Source of the DNA: Armatimonadota bacterium
Lineage (GTDB): Bacteria > Armatimonadota > UBA5829 > DTJY01
NCBI GenBank assembly: GCA_017993055.1
Contig: JAGONM010000020.1
Location: forward strand, 4,075-68,074
Direction of reading: 5' to 3'
Length of the DNA stretch: 64,000 bases
Shown: piece after piece, positions 10,052-19,760 of the stretch
Layout of the letters: every line of letters starts with the position of its first letter
How positions within the stretch are numbered: the stretch's first letter is position 1
Translations under genes and position numbers: made by a program
Notes under the pieces: model-generated
What the model was told of the DNA's origin: nothing
Database searches by the model: none
Seen by the model: only the letters and a program-made list of their open reading frames with translations

Positions 10052-10150
10052 CCTGAGTGCGCGCTCTGGCGCGTGTATCGAAGGACGGCCTCCTGCAGCA
10101 AGAGCGCCCTTCGATACATGCCGTCATTCACCGGCATGCTCAGGGCTGTC
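10052..10150. repeat. Family R110 structured intergenic repeat (full copy)
   Basis: CCTGAGTGCGCGCTCTGGCGCGTGTATCGAAGGACGG...CCCTTCGATACATGCCGTCATTCACCGGCATGCTCAGGG, nested inverted repeats. Homologous copies at 62339-62450, 17528-17580 and 53159-53190. Confidence 0.6.
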
Positions 10151-10167
10151 GGTTACAGTTCCCCGCG

Positions 10168-10935
10168 CTAAAGGTTCTCTATCAGCTTCTTCCGCTGGAT
10201 CTCGTCCGGGCGCGTGCGGATGCGCTCCACCGTCTGCTCGCTCATGTAGTTCGGCCCGCCGAACGCAAGCGTCCCCGCCAGCACCTTCGCCGTCTTGTCC
10301 CACATCGCCGTGATGCTCTGGACTTCCTTCGCGGTCGCCCCGAGCGCGATCAGGCCGTGGTTCTGCATCAGGATTGCCTTCGGGCGTTCCCCATGCTCGC
10401 GGATGTAGTCCGTCACGACCGACTTGATCTTCCGCGCCAGCGTCACGCCCGGATCGGTGAACTCCACGTGCGCCGGGGCCGCCCCGCAGCACACGACCTC
10501 GTCCGGGAACAGCCGCCCCTGCGTCATGTCGCGCCACCCCTTCGAGCAGAGGATGCCGTTCACCGAGATCGGGTGCGTGTGCCCCACGAAGCTCACGCCG
10601 GGGATGCTCAGCAGGTAGCCGTGGAAGACGGTCTCGATCGAAGGGAGCAGCTTGCCGTCCGGGTCGACCATCGCCGCCCGGAGGTTCGCCTTGATCTCGT
10701 CGTCGGTCAGCTCCGGGCCGTCGAGCATCCGCAGGACCTTCGGCGCGCTGACCTCGACCAGCCCCTCCTCCTCGATCGTGCCGAGTTGGGTGCCGCTCGC
10801 CTTCACGTAGAACGTGTCGTCGTCTATCTTGGCCGAGGTGTTCCCCTCGCCCAGTATCACCAGCCCCCTGCGCTCCTTGCCGAGCCAGTGGGACATCTCG
10901 ATAAGCTGTTTCAGTGCTTCTTTCTTCGAACCCAT
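10168..10935 (-). CDS. Class II aldolase/adducin family protein (fuculose- or rhamnulose-1-phosphate aldolase-like)
   Basis: GEGNTS, HTHP and NHGL motifs of class II aldolases. 255 aa. Confidence 0.65.
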   Translation of the reverse strand: MGSKKEALKQLIEMSHWLGKERRGLVILGEGNTSAKIDDDTFYVKASGTQLGTIEEEGLVEVSAPKVLRMLDGPELTDDEIKANLRAAMVDPDGKLLPSIETVFHGYLLSIPGVSFVGHTHPISVNGILCSKGWRDMTQGRLFPDEVVCCGAAPAHVEFTDPGVTLARKIKSVVTDYIREHGERPKAILMQNHGLIALGATAKEVQSITAMWDKTAKVLAGTLAFGGPNYMSEQTVERIRTRPDEIQRKKLIENL

Positions 10936-11091
10936 ATCAGGTGCAGACCCCCCTCGCGTTTACAAGACGGGGTATTATATCACGGAAACGCCCCTGCGAC
11001 CAGAAGGCGACGTGACTTCCTGCTCGTAGTCGTACTCGAAGGGCTTCGCCGCCCGGAAGTCGAACGTACACAGTGAAGAAGGGCGGTCAAC

Positions 11092-12831
11092 ATGAAGGCA
11101 TCACTGACGGCAATCCTCCTTGCGCTGGTCCTCTCCGCATCCGCGGCGGGAGCGCGGAACGGACGTGATACGATGATCATCATCCCGGACGAGCCGAGCC
11201 CGGTTGTCACATACGCAGCGAAGGAACTCCAGTACTTTATCGCCAAGTCAACCGGAACCAGGCCGGCGATCGTGGCAGAAAAGCATGCGGTCGGACGGCA
11301 TGGATTCGTGCTCGGCCCGTGCAGGCGCAGCGGCGGCCCCGAGATCGAGAAGAGACTCGGTGAACTGCGCGAGGACGGCGTTCTCATCAAGACCGTCGGC
11401 GATGACGTCATCCTCCTCGGGCAGAACGACCGAGGCCAGCTCTACACGGTCTACGTCCTGCTCGAAAAGTACCTCGGCGTCAGGTTTCTCGCCCGTGACT
11501 GCACCATCATCCCGAAGCACGACAAGCTCGATCTCCCGGAGATAGACTACGCCTACACGCCTCCGTTCATGTACCGCGAGACGCTCTACTGGGACAGCTT
11601 CCCTAAGGAGATCGCGGCCCGTCAGCGCCTGAACGGCCCCTGGTCGAAGTGCGACGAGGAGGTCGGCGGGAATATTCGGATCGAGCCCTACGTCCACAGT
11701 TTCGCCAGGCTCGTGCCGCCGGAGAAGTACTTCGCCGAGCATCCAGAGTACTTCAGCCTCGTCGGGGGCAAGCGCACGAACCTGACCGTCCACGGCCAGC
11801 TATGCCTCACCAATCCCGACGTCCTCGAGATCGCGACCGAGCAGGTGCTCAAGTGGATCGCGGATAACCCGGAGGTCCCGATCTTCGACGTCTCCCAGAA
11901 CGACGGCAACGGCCCCTGCGAGTGCGACAAGTGCATGGCTGTCGTCAACGAGGAGGGCTCCCAGCACGGGCCGATCCTCCGGTTCGTCAACGCGATCGCC
12001 GATGAAGTGGCGAAGAAGTACCCCGACAAGTGGATCGAGACGCTCGCCTACGCCTACTCGACCAAGCCGCCGAGCATCACCAGGCCGCGCAGGAACGTCA
12101 TCATCCGCCTCTGCCACGCGGGCTGCTACTTCCACGGGTTCGAGGAGTGTGGCCTCGGCGCCAACCTTGCGGCGAACCTCGATGCGTGGAGCAAGGTGAC
12201 CGACAACATCTTCATCTGGCACTACGCCGCCAACTTCGCGCATTACATCGCGCCGTGCCAGAACCTCGACGGCCTCGTGAAGGATATCCGATACTACGCC
12301 GCGCACAACGTTCGGGGGCTGATGATCCAGGCCGACTACCAGAGTCCCGGCGGTGAGATGGCCGAGCTTCGGCAGTACCTCGCCGCCCGGTTGATGTGGG
12401 ACCCGAGCCGCAGTCCCGGGGTCATACGGCGGGAGTTCTGCAACGGCTACTACGGGGCCGCGGCGGGCGATGTACTCCGGTACGTCATGCTGCTCGACAG
12501 GGCGGCGCTCGACCCGGGCAGGCACGCGTTCGGCGCCTGGGACCCGAAGACGACCTTTGCGGACGCCTGGCTGGTCGAAGGCCTCAAGATACTCGAGAAG
12601 GCCCGGTCGAGGAAGCTCACGGCCGAGCAGGCTCAGCGCGTCGACCGGCTCTTCCTGCCGCTCTGGTACCTGCAGTTGACCTATCCCGACGCATACGGCT
12701 TCGACACCGCCAAGGCCCCCGCGCTCGTGCAGGAGTTCAAGCGGATCGCGCAGGCGAGCAAGATCACGCACATCAATGAGGGCGCTCTGGTTGATCAGTG
12801 GCTCGCGGGCATGGAGTCGAAGTATCACTAG
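11092..12831 (+). CDS. Secreted DUF4838-like protein (putative glycoside-hydrolase-like)
   Basis: Signal peptide. LCLTNPDV and CECDKCMAV motifs are shared with the paralog at 53656-55569. Confidence 0.4.
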   Translation: MKASLTAILLALVLSASAAGARNGRDTMIIIPDEPSPVVTYAAKELQYFIAKSTGTRPAIVAEKHAVGRHGFVLGPCRRSGGPEIEKRLGELREDGVLIKTVGDDVILLGQNDRGQLYTVYVLLEKYLGVRFLARDCTIIPKHDKLDLPEIDYAYTPPFMYRETLYWDSFPKEIAARQRLNGPWSKCDEEVGGNIRIEPYVHSFARLVPPEKYFAEHPEYFSLVGGKRTNLTVHGQLCLTNPDVLEIATEQVLKWIADNPEVPIFDVSQNDGNGPCECDKCMAVVNEEGSQHGPILRFVNAIADEVAKKYPDKWIETLAYAYSTKPPSITRPRRNVIIRLCHAGCYFHGFEECGLGANLAANLDAWSKVTDNIFIWHYAANFAHYIAPCQNLDGLVKDIRYYAAHNVRGLMIQADYQSPGGEMAELRQYLAARLMWDPSRSPGVIRREFCNGYYGAAAGDVLRYVMLLDRAALDPGRHAFGAWDPKTTFADAWLVEGLKILEKARSRKLTAEQAQRVDRLFLPLWYLQLTYPDAYGFDTAKAPALVQEFKRIAQASKITHINEGALVDQWLAGMESKYH

Positions 12832-12873
12832 TATTCGAGCGTCCCGATTCTTCAACTTGGCGATACTGCCGAT

Positions 12874-12953
12874 CCGGTGCCGTCATTCCGAACTCGATTC
12901 GGAATCCATCCGGTCGCGCGCTGGATGCTGAATCAAGTTCAGCATGACGGTGC
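12874..12953. repeat. Family C structured repeat (two hairpins inside a CCGTCA/TGACGG outer stem)
   Basis: gCCGTCAttccgaaCTCGAttcggaat...atgctgaaTCAAGttcagcaTGACGGtgc. Related copies at 53064-53136 and 56768-56868. Confidence 0.5.
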
Positions 12954-12991
12954 CCGCGAAACTGAACTTGATCGAGTAACAGGTGCAAGAT

Positions 12992-14026
12992 ATGACTTCG
13001 CGTGAACGCATACTCGCGGCAATGAGGTTCGAGAAGGTAGATCGCGTGCCCGTTTCTCCCTGGCATTTCTGCAGAGTTGATCGGGAGAGCCCGCTCGGTC
13101 GGGAGCTCCTGCGGAAGACCGATCTGTTCCAGGACGTCGGCTCCGGCGGCGACCCGATCCTCGGCGGTTCGGTGAACAGAGAGACGGAGCAGCAGGGCGA
13201 CACTACCGTCACGACCATTCATACCCCGAAGGGTGACCTTGTCAGCAGGTATCGGCGCACGGAGATCACCGGCGCGACCGTCGAGTTCTTCTTGAAGGGT
13301 CCGGATGACGTCGAGAAGATGCTCTCCATCCCATACGAGGAACCGGATTTCGACCTCTCCGGCTATTATGCGTGGCAGGACCATATCGGCAACGAGGGGC
13401 TCGTGCTGATCGGACTGATCAACGGTGTCGCGGTTCCTGCATCCTGGTTCTCGCCGGAGGGGTTCTGCCTCGCGTGGGCGGATGAGCCCGATCTGGTCGA
13501 GCGGCTCACGGCGATCATGACGGAGCGCCTGATCAGCTACGTCGAGCGCCTCTGCAAGGCCGGGGTGGATGCCTACCGCATCGTCGGGGGGGAATACGCC
13601 TCCGTCCAGCTCGGCCCGGATGCATTCGAGCGGCTCTGCGTCAAGTACGACCGGGAACTGGTCGCGGTGATGCACAAGTACGGCGCGGTCGCCCACTACC
13701 ACAATCACGGGCCGGTGATGCGCTACCTGGAGGATTTCGCGGCGATCGGGATGGACTGCGTTGACCCGCTCGAGGCGCCTCCTTGGGGGAATGCCGACCT
13801 CGGCGAGGCTCGACGGCGGCTCGGCGATCGGGTCTGCTTCCAGGGCAACCTCGACGACATGGAGGTCGTGGACAAACTGCCGACGGAAGAGGTGCTCGCC
13901 ATCGCCCGCGAGCGGCTCGAATCGGCCGGCGACCGGGGATTCATCCTCGGCGGGACGACCTCCGGTACCTTCGGCGAAAACGGCGCGCGCAACTTCATCG
14001 CCATGGCGGAGATGGTGGCCGGGTGA
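12992..14026 (+). CDS. Uroporphyrinogen decarboxylase (URO-D)/MtaA-like family protein
   Basis: N-terminal MTSRERILAAMRFEKVDRVPV is typical of the URO-D-like TIM-barrel family. AGGTG RBS sits before the second ATG (12992); the ORF track starts at 12983. Confidence 0.55.
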   Translation: MTSRERILAAMRFEKVDRVPVSPWHFCRVDRESPLGRELLRKTDLFQDVGSGGDPILGGSVNRETEQQGDTTVTTIHTPKGDLVSRYRRTEITGATVEFFLKGPDDVEKMLSIPYEEPDFDLSGYYAWQDHIGNEGLVLIGLINGVAVPASWFSPEGFCLAWADEPDLVERLTAIMTERLISYVERLCKAGVDAYRIVGGEYASVQLGPDAFERLCVKYDRELVAVMHKYGAVAHYHNHGPVMRYLEDFAAIGMDCVDPLEAPPWGNADLGEARRRLGDRVCFQGNLDDMEVVDKLPTEEVLAIARERLESAGDRGFILGGTTSGTFGENGARNFIAMAEMVAG

Positions 14027-14029
14027 CGT

Positions 14030-14067
14030 GTCATAGGTCCCATGTGTCTCATATGTCTTATGGTCCG
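14030..14067. repeat. Family B-like 9-bp periodic array
   Basis: CATAGGTCC CATGTGTCT CATATGTCT TATGGTCCG. Lies immediately after the 14026 stop and about 65 nt upstream of the TPP riboswitch. Confidence 0.5.
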
Positions 14068-14134
14068 CTGCCTCCTCGCGAAGTTTGACAGTCCCCGGTA
14101 CGGGTGGTATACTCCGAATAGACGCATGAACACA

Positions 14135-14235
14135 GCCGCTAGGGGTGCGTGGCGGAAACGCCCGCTGAGAGTCCCGCTCGACGGGACAACCCTCTGAACC
14201 TGATCCCGGATAATCCCGGCGTAGGGAAGCGGACG
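14135..14235 (+). promoter_or_regulatory. TPP (thiamine pyrophosphate) riboswitch / THI-box upstream of thiC
   Basis: aGGGGTGCgtggcggaaacgcccgCTGAGAgtcccgctcgacgggacaACCCTCTGAACCTGATCCCGGATAATCCCGGCGTAGGGAAgc matches the conserved THI-element cores (GGGGUGC, CUGAGA, ACCUGAUC.GGAUAAU.CCGGCG.AGGGA). Confidence 0.85.
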
Positions 14236-14446
14236 CGACGATCAGACGCCGTGTGCCCGCGATGAGGCCCACGGCGTTTTGTATGCGGAGAACACGGAAG
14301 CACGGAGGGAAACGGAACACACCGAGTTTCGCGAGGAAGCCATCAAAGCAGGAAAGGGAACTCCCGGTTTCCTGATACGGCACCCTTTTCCGTGACCTCC
14401 GCTTCCATCCGTTCAATCCGCGTTCTCCGAAAGAACGGTGAGGCAT

Positions 14447-15730
14447 ATGACACAACTCGAACACGCGCGGGCGGGGAAGATCACGCCCGAGATGAATATC
14501 ATCGCCGAGCAGGAACGGCTCGATCCCGAGGACATCCGGGCGGGCGTCGCCGCCGGGACGATCGTCGTGCCGGCGAATGTGAATCGCGAACTCGCCAAGC
14601 CCTGCGGGATCGGCGCGGGCCTCCGCACGAAGATCAACGCCAACATCGGCACGTCCGGCGACTTCCCCAGCGTCGCCGACGAGCTCGAGAAGCTCCGGGT
14701 CGCGGTCGAGGCCGGCGCCGACACGATGATGGACCTCAGCACCGGCGGTGATCTCGCCGCAGTCCGCAAGACGATCACAGACAACTGCCCCGTCCCCCTC
14801 GGCACCGTCCCGATATACGAGGTCGCGGTGAAGGCCGCGGACGAAGGCTCGGTCGTCGGCATGTCGGAGGACGACCTCTTTCGCGTGATCGAGCGCAACG
14901 CCGAGGACGGCGTGGACTTCGTCACTGTCCACTGCGGCATCACCCGGGAGTCGCTGTCCCGCCTCAGGGATCAGGGGCGCGTCGCTGATGTGGTCAGTCG
15001 CGGTGGCGCGTTTCTGATCTGCTGGATGCTCGGCAACGACCGCGAGAATCCGCTCTACGCGCGGTTCGACGACCTGCTCGACATCTGCCGCACGCACGAC
15101 GTCTGCCTGAGCCTCGGCGACGGCATGCGTCCCGGCTGCCTCGCCGACGCCACCGACCGCCCGCAGATCCAGGAGCTGATCATCCTTGGGGAACTGGTAG
15201 ACCGCGCTCGGACGGCTGGAGTCCAGGCGATGGTCGAAGGGCCCGGCCACGTGCCGATGCAGCAGATCGTGACCAACATCCAGATTCAGAAGACGCTCTG
15301 CAAGGGTGCGCCGTTCTACGTGCTCGGCCCGCTCGTCACCGATGTCGCGCCGGGGTACGACCATATCACCTCCGCGATCGGAGGCGCGATTGCCGCCGCC
15401 GCGGGTGTTGATTTCCTCTGCTACGTTACGCCGTCCGAGCATCTCGGCCTCCCAGGGCCGGATGAGGTCCGCCAGGGAGTCGCCGCATCCCGGATCGCCG
15501 CGCACGCGGGTGACATCGCCAAGGGGATCAAAGGCGCGATGGACTGGGACCGCGAGATGTCCGTCGCTCGCAAGAAGCTCGACTGGGAACGCCAGGCGGA
15601 GCTCTGCATTGATCCGATCATGTTCCGCAAGTTCCGCTCCGAGCGCGCGACCCACGAGGACGGCGTCTGCTCGATGTGCGGGAAATACTGCGCGATGAAG
15701 GTCGTGGACGAGTATCTGCATAAGGAGTGA
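14447..15730 (+). CDS. thiC: Phosphomethylpyrimidine synthase ThiC
   Basis: [16 protein letters not shown]... with full-length ThiC similarity. GGTGAGG RBS. Confidence 0.9.
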   Translation: MTQLEHARAGKITPEMNIIAEQERLDPEDIRAGVAAGTIVVPANVNRELAKPCGIGAGLRTKINANIGTSGDFPSVADELEKLRVAVEAGADTMMDLSTGGDLAAVRKTITDNCPVPLGTVPIYEVAVKAADEGSVVGMSEDDLFRVIERNAEDGVDFVTVHCGITRESLSRLRDQGRVADVVSRGGAFLICWMLGNDRENPLYARFDDLLDICRTHDVCLSLGDGMRPGCLADATDRPQIQELIILGELVDRARTAGVQAMVEGPGHVPMQQIVTNIQIQKTLCKGAPFYVLGPLVTDVAPGYDHITSAIGGAIAAAAGVDFLCYVTPSEHLGLPGPDEVRQGVAASRIAAHAGDIAKGIKGAMDWDREMSVARKKLDWERQAELCIDPIMFRKFRSERATHEDGVCSMCGKYCAMKVVDEYLHKE

Positions 15731-15878
15731 GTGTGCGGGCCTGATGTTGAAGCATCAGGCTAGTGGTGTGAGAAGCAGGCTGAAGCAAGCCGGTTCCGTC
15801 TGGGATACTGCGAGCTTGCTTCAGCTTGCTCTGCATGTCGCCAGCCTCGCCATTCGATGGTGAGGAGACGGAGTCAGC

Positions 15879-16886
15879 ATGAAACTCTCAGAACTCGGCG
15901 AGGAATCTCTGATAGACCGCATCGTCGCGGAGCATCTGCTCCCCACATCCGGGCCGGGACTGATCGTCGGCGTGGGCGACGATGCCGCCGTCCTCGACAC
16001 CGGCGGGAACGACTACACCGTCGTCACGACCGACATGCTCGTCGAGGGCCCGCACTTCCGGCTGGACATCAACACACCGTACCAGCTCGGCTGGAAGGCC
16101 GTCGCCGCCAACATCAGCGACGTCGCCGCGATGGGCGGCCTCCCGACTTGGACCTTCGTCTCGATCGCCCTCCGCGCCGATATGGATGCCGAGTTCGTGG
16201 ACGACCTGTACCAGGGTATGACCGAGTGCGCCCGGCGCTTCGGCAGCGAGGTGGTCGGCGGCGATACGAATGCGATCGAGGCCGGGTGCGCTATCAGCGT
16301 CGTCCAGATAGGCAGTGTCGAGCGTGGGATGGTCGTCCGCCGGACGGGCGCCCGCCCCGGTGACCGGGTGCTGGTGACGGGCTGGCTCGGCAAGTCGCTG
16401 GCGGGGCTGCAGCTGCTCCTTACGTACGGATTTCAGGAAGCGGCCGGGCGGAACGCCCGCGCCGTCGAAGCCCACCTCATGCCGATACCCCGCGTCCCGG
16501 AGGCCCGCGCGGCGGCTCAGACCGGCGGCCTGCGCGCGATGATGGACCTCAGCGACGGCCTCGCCGCCGACCTTCCGAAGCTCTGCAGGGCGAGCCGCGT
16601 GGGGGCGGTCGTCCGCGCCGACCTGCTCCCGATCAGCGACAACCTCGTCGAGGCGGCGGCGTACGTCGGCCGGGACCCGATTGACCTTGCGGCGGGCGGT
16701 GGCGAGGACTTCGAGCTTCTCATGGCGGTATCGCCTGATGCGGTCGAACAGGTTGTCTCGGCCGTCGAGGAGGCCGCGGGCGCCCGCGTAACCGATATCG
16801 GCGAGATTACCGACGGCCGCTCCGTCGAGATCGAGCGTGACGGCGCGAGGAAGCCGCTCAAAGGCGGCTGGGAGCATTTTGCGTGA
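15879..16886 (+). CDS. thiL: Thiamine-monophosphate kinase ThiL
   Basis: LIDRI...GVGDDAAVLD...TTDMLVEGPHF with AIR-synthase-related fold motifs. GGAGACGGAG RBS. Confidence 0.85.
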   Translation: MKLSELGEESLIDRIVAEHLLPTSGPGLIVGVGDDAAVLDTGGNDYTVVTTDMLVEGPHFRLDINTPYQLGWKAVAANISDVAAMGGLPTWTFVSIALRADMDAEFVDDLYQGMTECARRFGSEVVGGDTNAIEAGCAISVVQIGSVERGMVVRRTGARPGDRVLVTGWLGKSLAGLQLLLTYGFQEAAGRNARAVEAHLMPIPRVPEARAAAQTGGLRAMMDLSDGLAADLPKLCRASRVGAVVRADLLPISDNLVEAAAYVGRDPIDLAAGGGEDFELLMAVSPDAVEQVVSAVEEAAGARVTDIGEITDGRSVEIERDGARKPLKGGWEHFA

Positions 16887-16887
16887 T

Positions 16888-16926
16888 CGGTCAGACATGT
16901 CCGACGCGTCCGACCGGTCCAGACCG
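16888..16926. repeat. Family A array: four GTCNGAC heptamers at 9-bp spacing
   Basis: GTCAGAC(16890) GTCCGAC(16899) GTCCGAC(16908) GTCCAGAC(16917). Starts 2 nt after the thiL stop and overlaps the ATG of tsaE. Confidence 0.6.
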
Positions 16927-17397
16927 AAATGGGGCGCCAGCTTGAAGACCCTCGCCTTCCATACGACCGGCCCCGAGGAGACCGAGGCGCTCGGCGAGCG
17001 GATCGGGCGCGCGCTCGAGCCGGAGACCGTCGTCGCGCTGTTCGGCGGACTCGGCGCGGGGAAGACCACGCTTACCAAGGGGATCGCGCGCGGCCTCGAC
17101 GTGCCGGACCTCGTCCACAGCCCGACGTTCACGCTGATCCACGAGCACAAGGGCCGGATGTGGGTCTACCACTTCGACCTCTACCGGCTCGACGATCCGG
17201 CGCAGCTTCTCGACCTCGACTACGAGGACTACGTATACGGGCCGGGAGTCACCATCATCGAGTGGGCAGAGCGCGCCGGAAGCCTTCTGCCGTCCGACCG
17301 CCTCGAGGTCCGCATCACAGGCGAGGACGAAGAGCGCACCTTCGAACTGACTGCTACCGGCCCGCATGCCGAGGCGGTCATCGATAGGCTGGGTTAG
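16897..17397 (+). CDS. tsaE: tRNA threonylcarbamoyladenosine biosynthesis protein TsaE
   Basis: ALFGGLGAGKTTLTKGIARGL P-loop and HSPTFTLIHEH motifs. Start is uncertain: ATG 16897 or TTG 16932. Confidence 0.75.
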   Translation: MSDASDRSRPKWGASLKTLAFHTTGPEETEALGERIGRALEPETVVALFGGLGAGKTTLTKGIARGLDVPDLVHSPTFTLIHEHKGRMWVYHFDLYRLDDPAQLLDLDYEDYVYGPGVTIIEWAERAGSLLPSDRLEVRITGEDEERTFELTATGPHAEAVIDRLG

Positions 17398-17465
17398 CCT
17401 CTCGTTATGCCCTGCGGGCTACTCGAGGAGATCGGCGGTTATGCTCACGGGGAAAGAACCGCCTA

Positions 17466-17510
17466 GTCTCGAGTAGGTTTCTCCGGAAACCATATCGAGA
17501 GACGGTCAGG
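17466..17510. repeat. Family D repeat (GTCTCGAGTAGGtTTCTCCGGAAACCaTATCGAGAGACGGTCA)
   Basis: 45 of 47 nt identical to the copy at 55611-55657. Internal inverted repeat around the TCCGGA palindrome. Confidence 0.6.
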
Positions 17511-17527
17511 TATAGCCGATGGTTGTG

Positions 17528-17580
17528 CTGCAAGGCCGCCCTTCGATACGATGCTGTGCATCACTCAGGGCTGACGGGTT
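17528..17580. repeat. Partial Family R110 copy (right half)
   Basis: ctgcaaggccgcccttcgatacgatgctgtgcatcactcagggctg aligns to the right half of 10052-10150. Confidence 0.45.
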
Positions 17581-17599
17581 CCAGTACTTCACCACTACA

Positions 17600-18481
17600 T
17601 CACTCCAGCCCCAAGCCCAGCAGCCGGTTTGCGTTTCTCCAGCCGATCTTCTCGCACGCCTCGCGGGAGATCGTGCCGTCCCTGCGCGCGCCGCGGAGGA
17701 AGTCCGCCAGCGGCGTCTCCGTGTCCGGCGAGGCGATGTCCGTCCCGAAGTACAACCGGTCCTGGAACTCCTCCGTGAATGAGTAGCAGAACTCCGCGTC
17801 GCGGCTGAGGGCGTTGAACCCGCTGTTGGCCGACAGGTCTCCGTGCAGGTTCGGGTACTTCCGCATCAACTCGACGACTCGCCCGGGCGTAACCTTGCCC
17901 TTAGGGTAGCCGTTCCGCGTCTCATTCGTCACGTCGGCGCTGATCTCCGCCCAGAACGGCTGCGAGTGGCCGAGGAAGATCAGCTTCGGGAACTGCTTCA
18001 GCGTCTTCTCGAGCCGGGGGAGGCCGAGGTCGTCAATCAGCCCGTAGCACCCGCCGGCTCGCGGCCCGATGTGGAAGGTCAGCGGCATCCCGGCCTTCTC
18101 GCACTGGCCGAGCATGTTCCAGACCATCGCATCGTCGAACGGCATGTTCGCGGTGATCTCGCCGACGCCTCTGCACCCCGCCTTCTTGTAGTATTCGAGC
18201 AGAGGCATGAAGTCGGCGTCCGGCGAGTTCTTGACCATCCGGGGGTCGAGGTTGCAGAACGGTATGAACCGGTCCGGATGCCGCGCCGCGATCTCGATGA
18301 CGTCTTCCGGCGTCACCCTGCGGTGAGCGTACTCCGGGCTTATCGCGGGAAGCAGGACGGCCTTGTCAATCTTCGACTCGTCGAGCTTCTCGAGGAGCTG
18401 CTCCGGAGTGCAGTATGTCCTCCCGTTCGGCCTGGTGACGGTCGCGGTCGGCGTGACGTGGGTGTGGATGTCTATGAGCAT
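17600..18481 (-). CDS. Amidohydrolase family (TIM-barrel metal-dependent hydrolase) protein
   Basis: Starts MLIDIHTHV; GGAGG RBS 8 nt upstream of the ATG at 18481. The ORF-track N-terminal 52 aa look like a spurious extension. Confidence 0.6.
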   Translation of the reverse strand: MLIDIHTHVTPTATVTRPNGRTYCTPEQLLEKLDESKIDKAVLLPAISPEYAHRRVTPEDVIEIAARHPDRFIPFCNLDPRMVKNSPDADFMPLLEYYKKAGCRGVGEITANMPFDDAMVWNMLGQCEKAGMPLTFHIGPRAGGCYGLIDDLGLPRLEKTLKQFPKLIFLGHSQPFWAEISADVTNETRNGYPKGKVTPGRVVELMRKYPNLHGDLSANSGFNALSRDAEFCYSFTEEFQDRLYFGTDIASPDTETPLADFLRGARRDGTISREACEKIGWRNANRLLGLGLE

Positions 18482-18533
18482 GATGATGCCTCCTCTATCT
18501 ACTTCGACGCATCGGCGGCGAAACCTCGTGCTG

Positions 18534-18566
18534 CGTCTGATCCGACGCGTCCGACCGGTCTGATAC
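18534..18566. repeat. Family A array in a divergent intergenic region
   Basis: gcGTCTGATCCGACgcGTCCGACcgGTCTGAtac, between the amidohydrolase start (18481) and the URO-D-like start (18618). Confidence 0.55.
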
Positions 18567-18617
18567 AATGGAGGGGCAGGGCCCTCCGGCGGCGTACTAA
18601 GTCCTTGGAGAGCCTGC

Positions 18618-19757
18618 ATGAAATCCTGCGAACGCATACTTGCGGCGATCGAGAAGCGGCCCGCGGACCGCGTCCCGATCTACCACGCATCCATATCCTC
18701 CCGCACGGCATCCATGTTGCTGCAGAGGGAAGCCCACGTCGGTGGAGGGATTCAGCAGTACAGGGAGGCGGTCGCCCTCTGGAACGGCGAGGACGCCCAC
18801 CGCGAGTTCCTGGCGCGCACTCGCCGGGACACCATTGACGTCGCGGAAGCCCTCGACTGCGACCTCGTTCGCCCGACCTACTGGCGCATGAATGAGAAGC
18901 CGTCGCGCCGGATAGACGACAACACCTTCTTCTACGGCCGCGAGGATTCGGCGTGGCGCATCATGCGCTTCGATGCCGACAGCGAACTCTACCAGACCGT
19001 AGAGCACTCTCCCAGGGCCGAGTTGACCGAGGAGTCGCTCGAGGCGCAGATCGGCCGGATGTGGGAGCGCCTCGACGGCTATGACCCTGCGGACGAGACG
19101 CACCGCGACATCGTCGAGATCGTCCGGCGCTTCGAGGGACACCGCGCAGTCGCGCTGCAGGGCGGCGGTCTGGGCATCCCGAACCGCACGACAGAGTGGT
19201 TCGAGATGATCGCCTTGCGGCCCGACCTCATGAAGCGCTACATCGAGGTTCAGGCCGAGTACACGCTCAAGCGCATAGACTCCTTCGCCGGCGTCGCTGC
19301 CCGGATCATGCTCGGCGGCGGCGACATGGCGTCGAACGACGGGCCGATCTACTCGCCGAGGTTCTTCGCGGAGGTGATGGCCCCGGGTTTCGAGCGGCTG
19401 GCCGACCGGTGCCGCGAGCTGGGCAAGACGTACTGCTTCGCCAGCGACGGCAACCTCTGGCCGATTGCGGACGACCTCTTCCCGGTCGTAGACGGCTTCT
19501 ACGAGATAGACAGCCGCGCGGGCATGGACCTCCGGCGGCTCAGGGAGGCATACCCGCATCTGACCCTGATCGGCAACATCAGCTCCCACACGCTGCACAT
19601 GGGCTCGAAGGACGACGTAGTTGCCGAGACCCGGTCGTGCCTCGAGGCGGCGAAGGAACTCGGCGGCATCATCGTCGGCGTCTCGAACCTGATCGTCCCC
19701 GCGACGCCCGAGGAGAACTTCTTCGCCATGGTCGAAACGCTGGCGAATGAGAGGTAG
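18618..19757 (+). CDS. URO-D/MtaA-like family protein (paralog 2)
   Basis: MKSCERILAAIEKRPADRVPIYHAS. GGAGAG RBS. Confidence 0.5.
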   Translation: MKSCERILAAIEKRPADRVPIYHASISSRTASMLLQREAHVGGGIQQYREAVALWNGEDAHREFLARTRRDTIDVAEALDCDLVRPTYWRMNEKPSRRIDDNTFFYGREDSAWRIMRFDADSELYQTVEHSPRAELTEESLEAQIGRMWERLDGYDPADETHRDIVEIVRRFEGHRAVALQGGGLGIPNRTTEWFEMIALRPDLMKRYIEVQAEYTLKRIDSFAGVAARIMLGGGDMASNDGPIYSPRFFAEVMAPGFERLADRCRELGKTYCFASDGNLWPIADDLFPVVDGFYEIDSRAGMDLRRLREAYPHLTLIGNISSHTLHMGSKDDVVAETRSCLEAAKELGGIIVGVSNLIVPATPEENFFAMVETLANER

Positions 19758-19760
19758 TAC

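Noticed and set aside
14221-14250. GGACGCGAC GATCAGACG, a possible degenerate Family A pair directly after the TPP aptamer.
   Set aside because: Only two weak units, and the region is expected to be the riboswitch expression platform. Likely coincidental.
15731-15878. Hairpins GCCTGATG-TTGAAG-CATCAGGC and the GCTGAAGCAAGC...GCTTGCTTCAGC inverted repeat between thiC and thiL, considered as an intrinsic terminator.
   Set aside because: No U-tract follows either structure, and thiL is likely co-transcribed. Possibly an attenuator or processing site, but there is insufficient evidence to call it.
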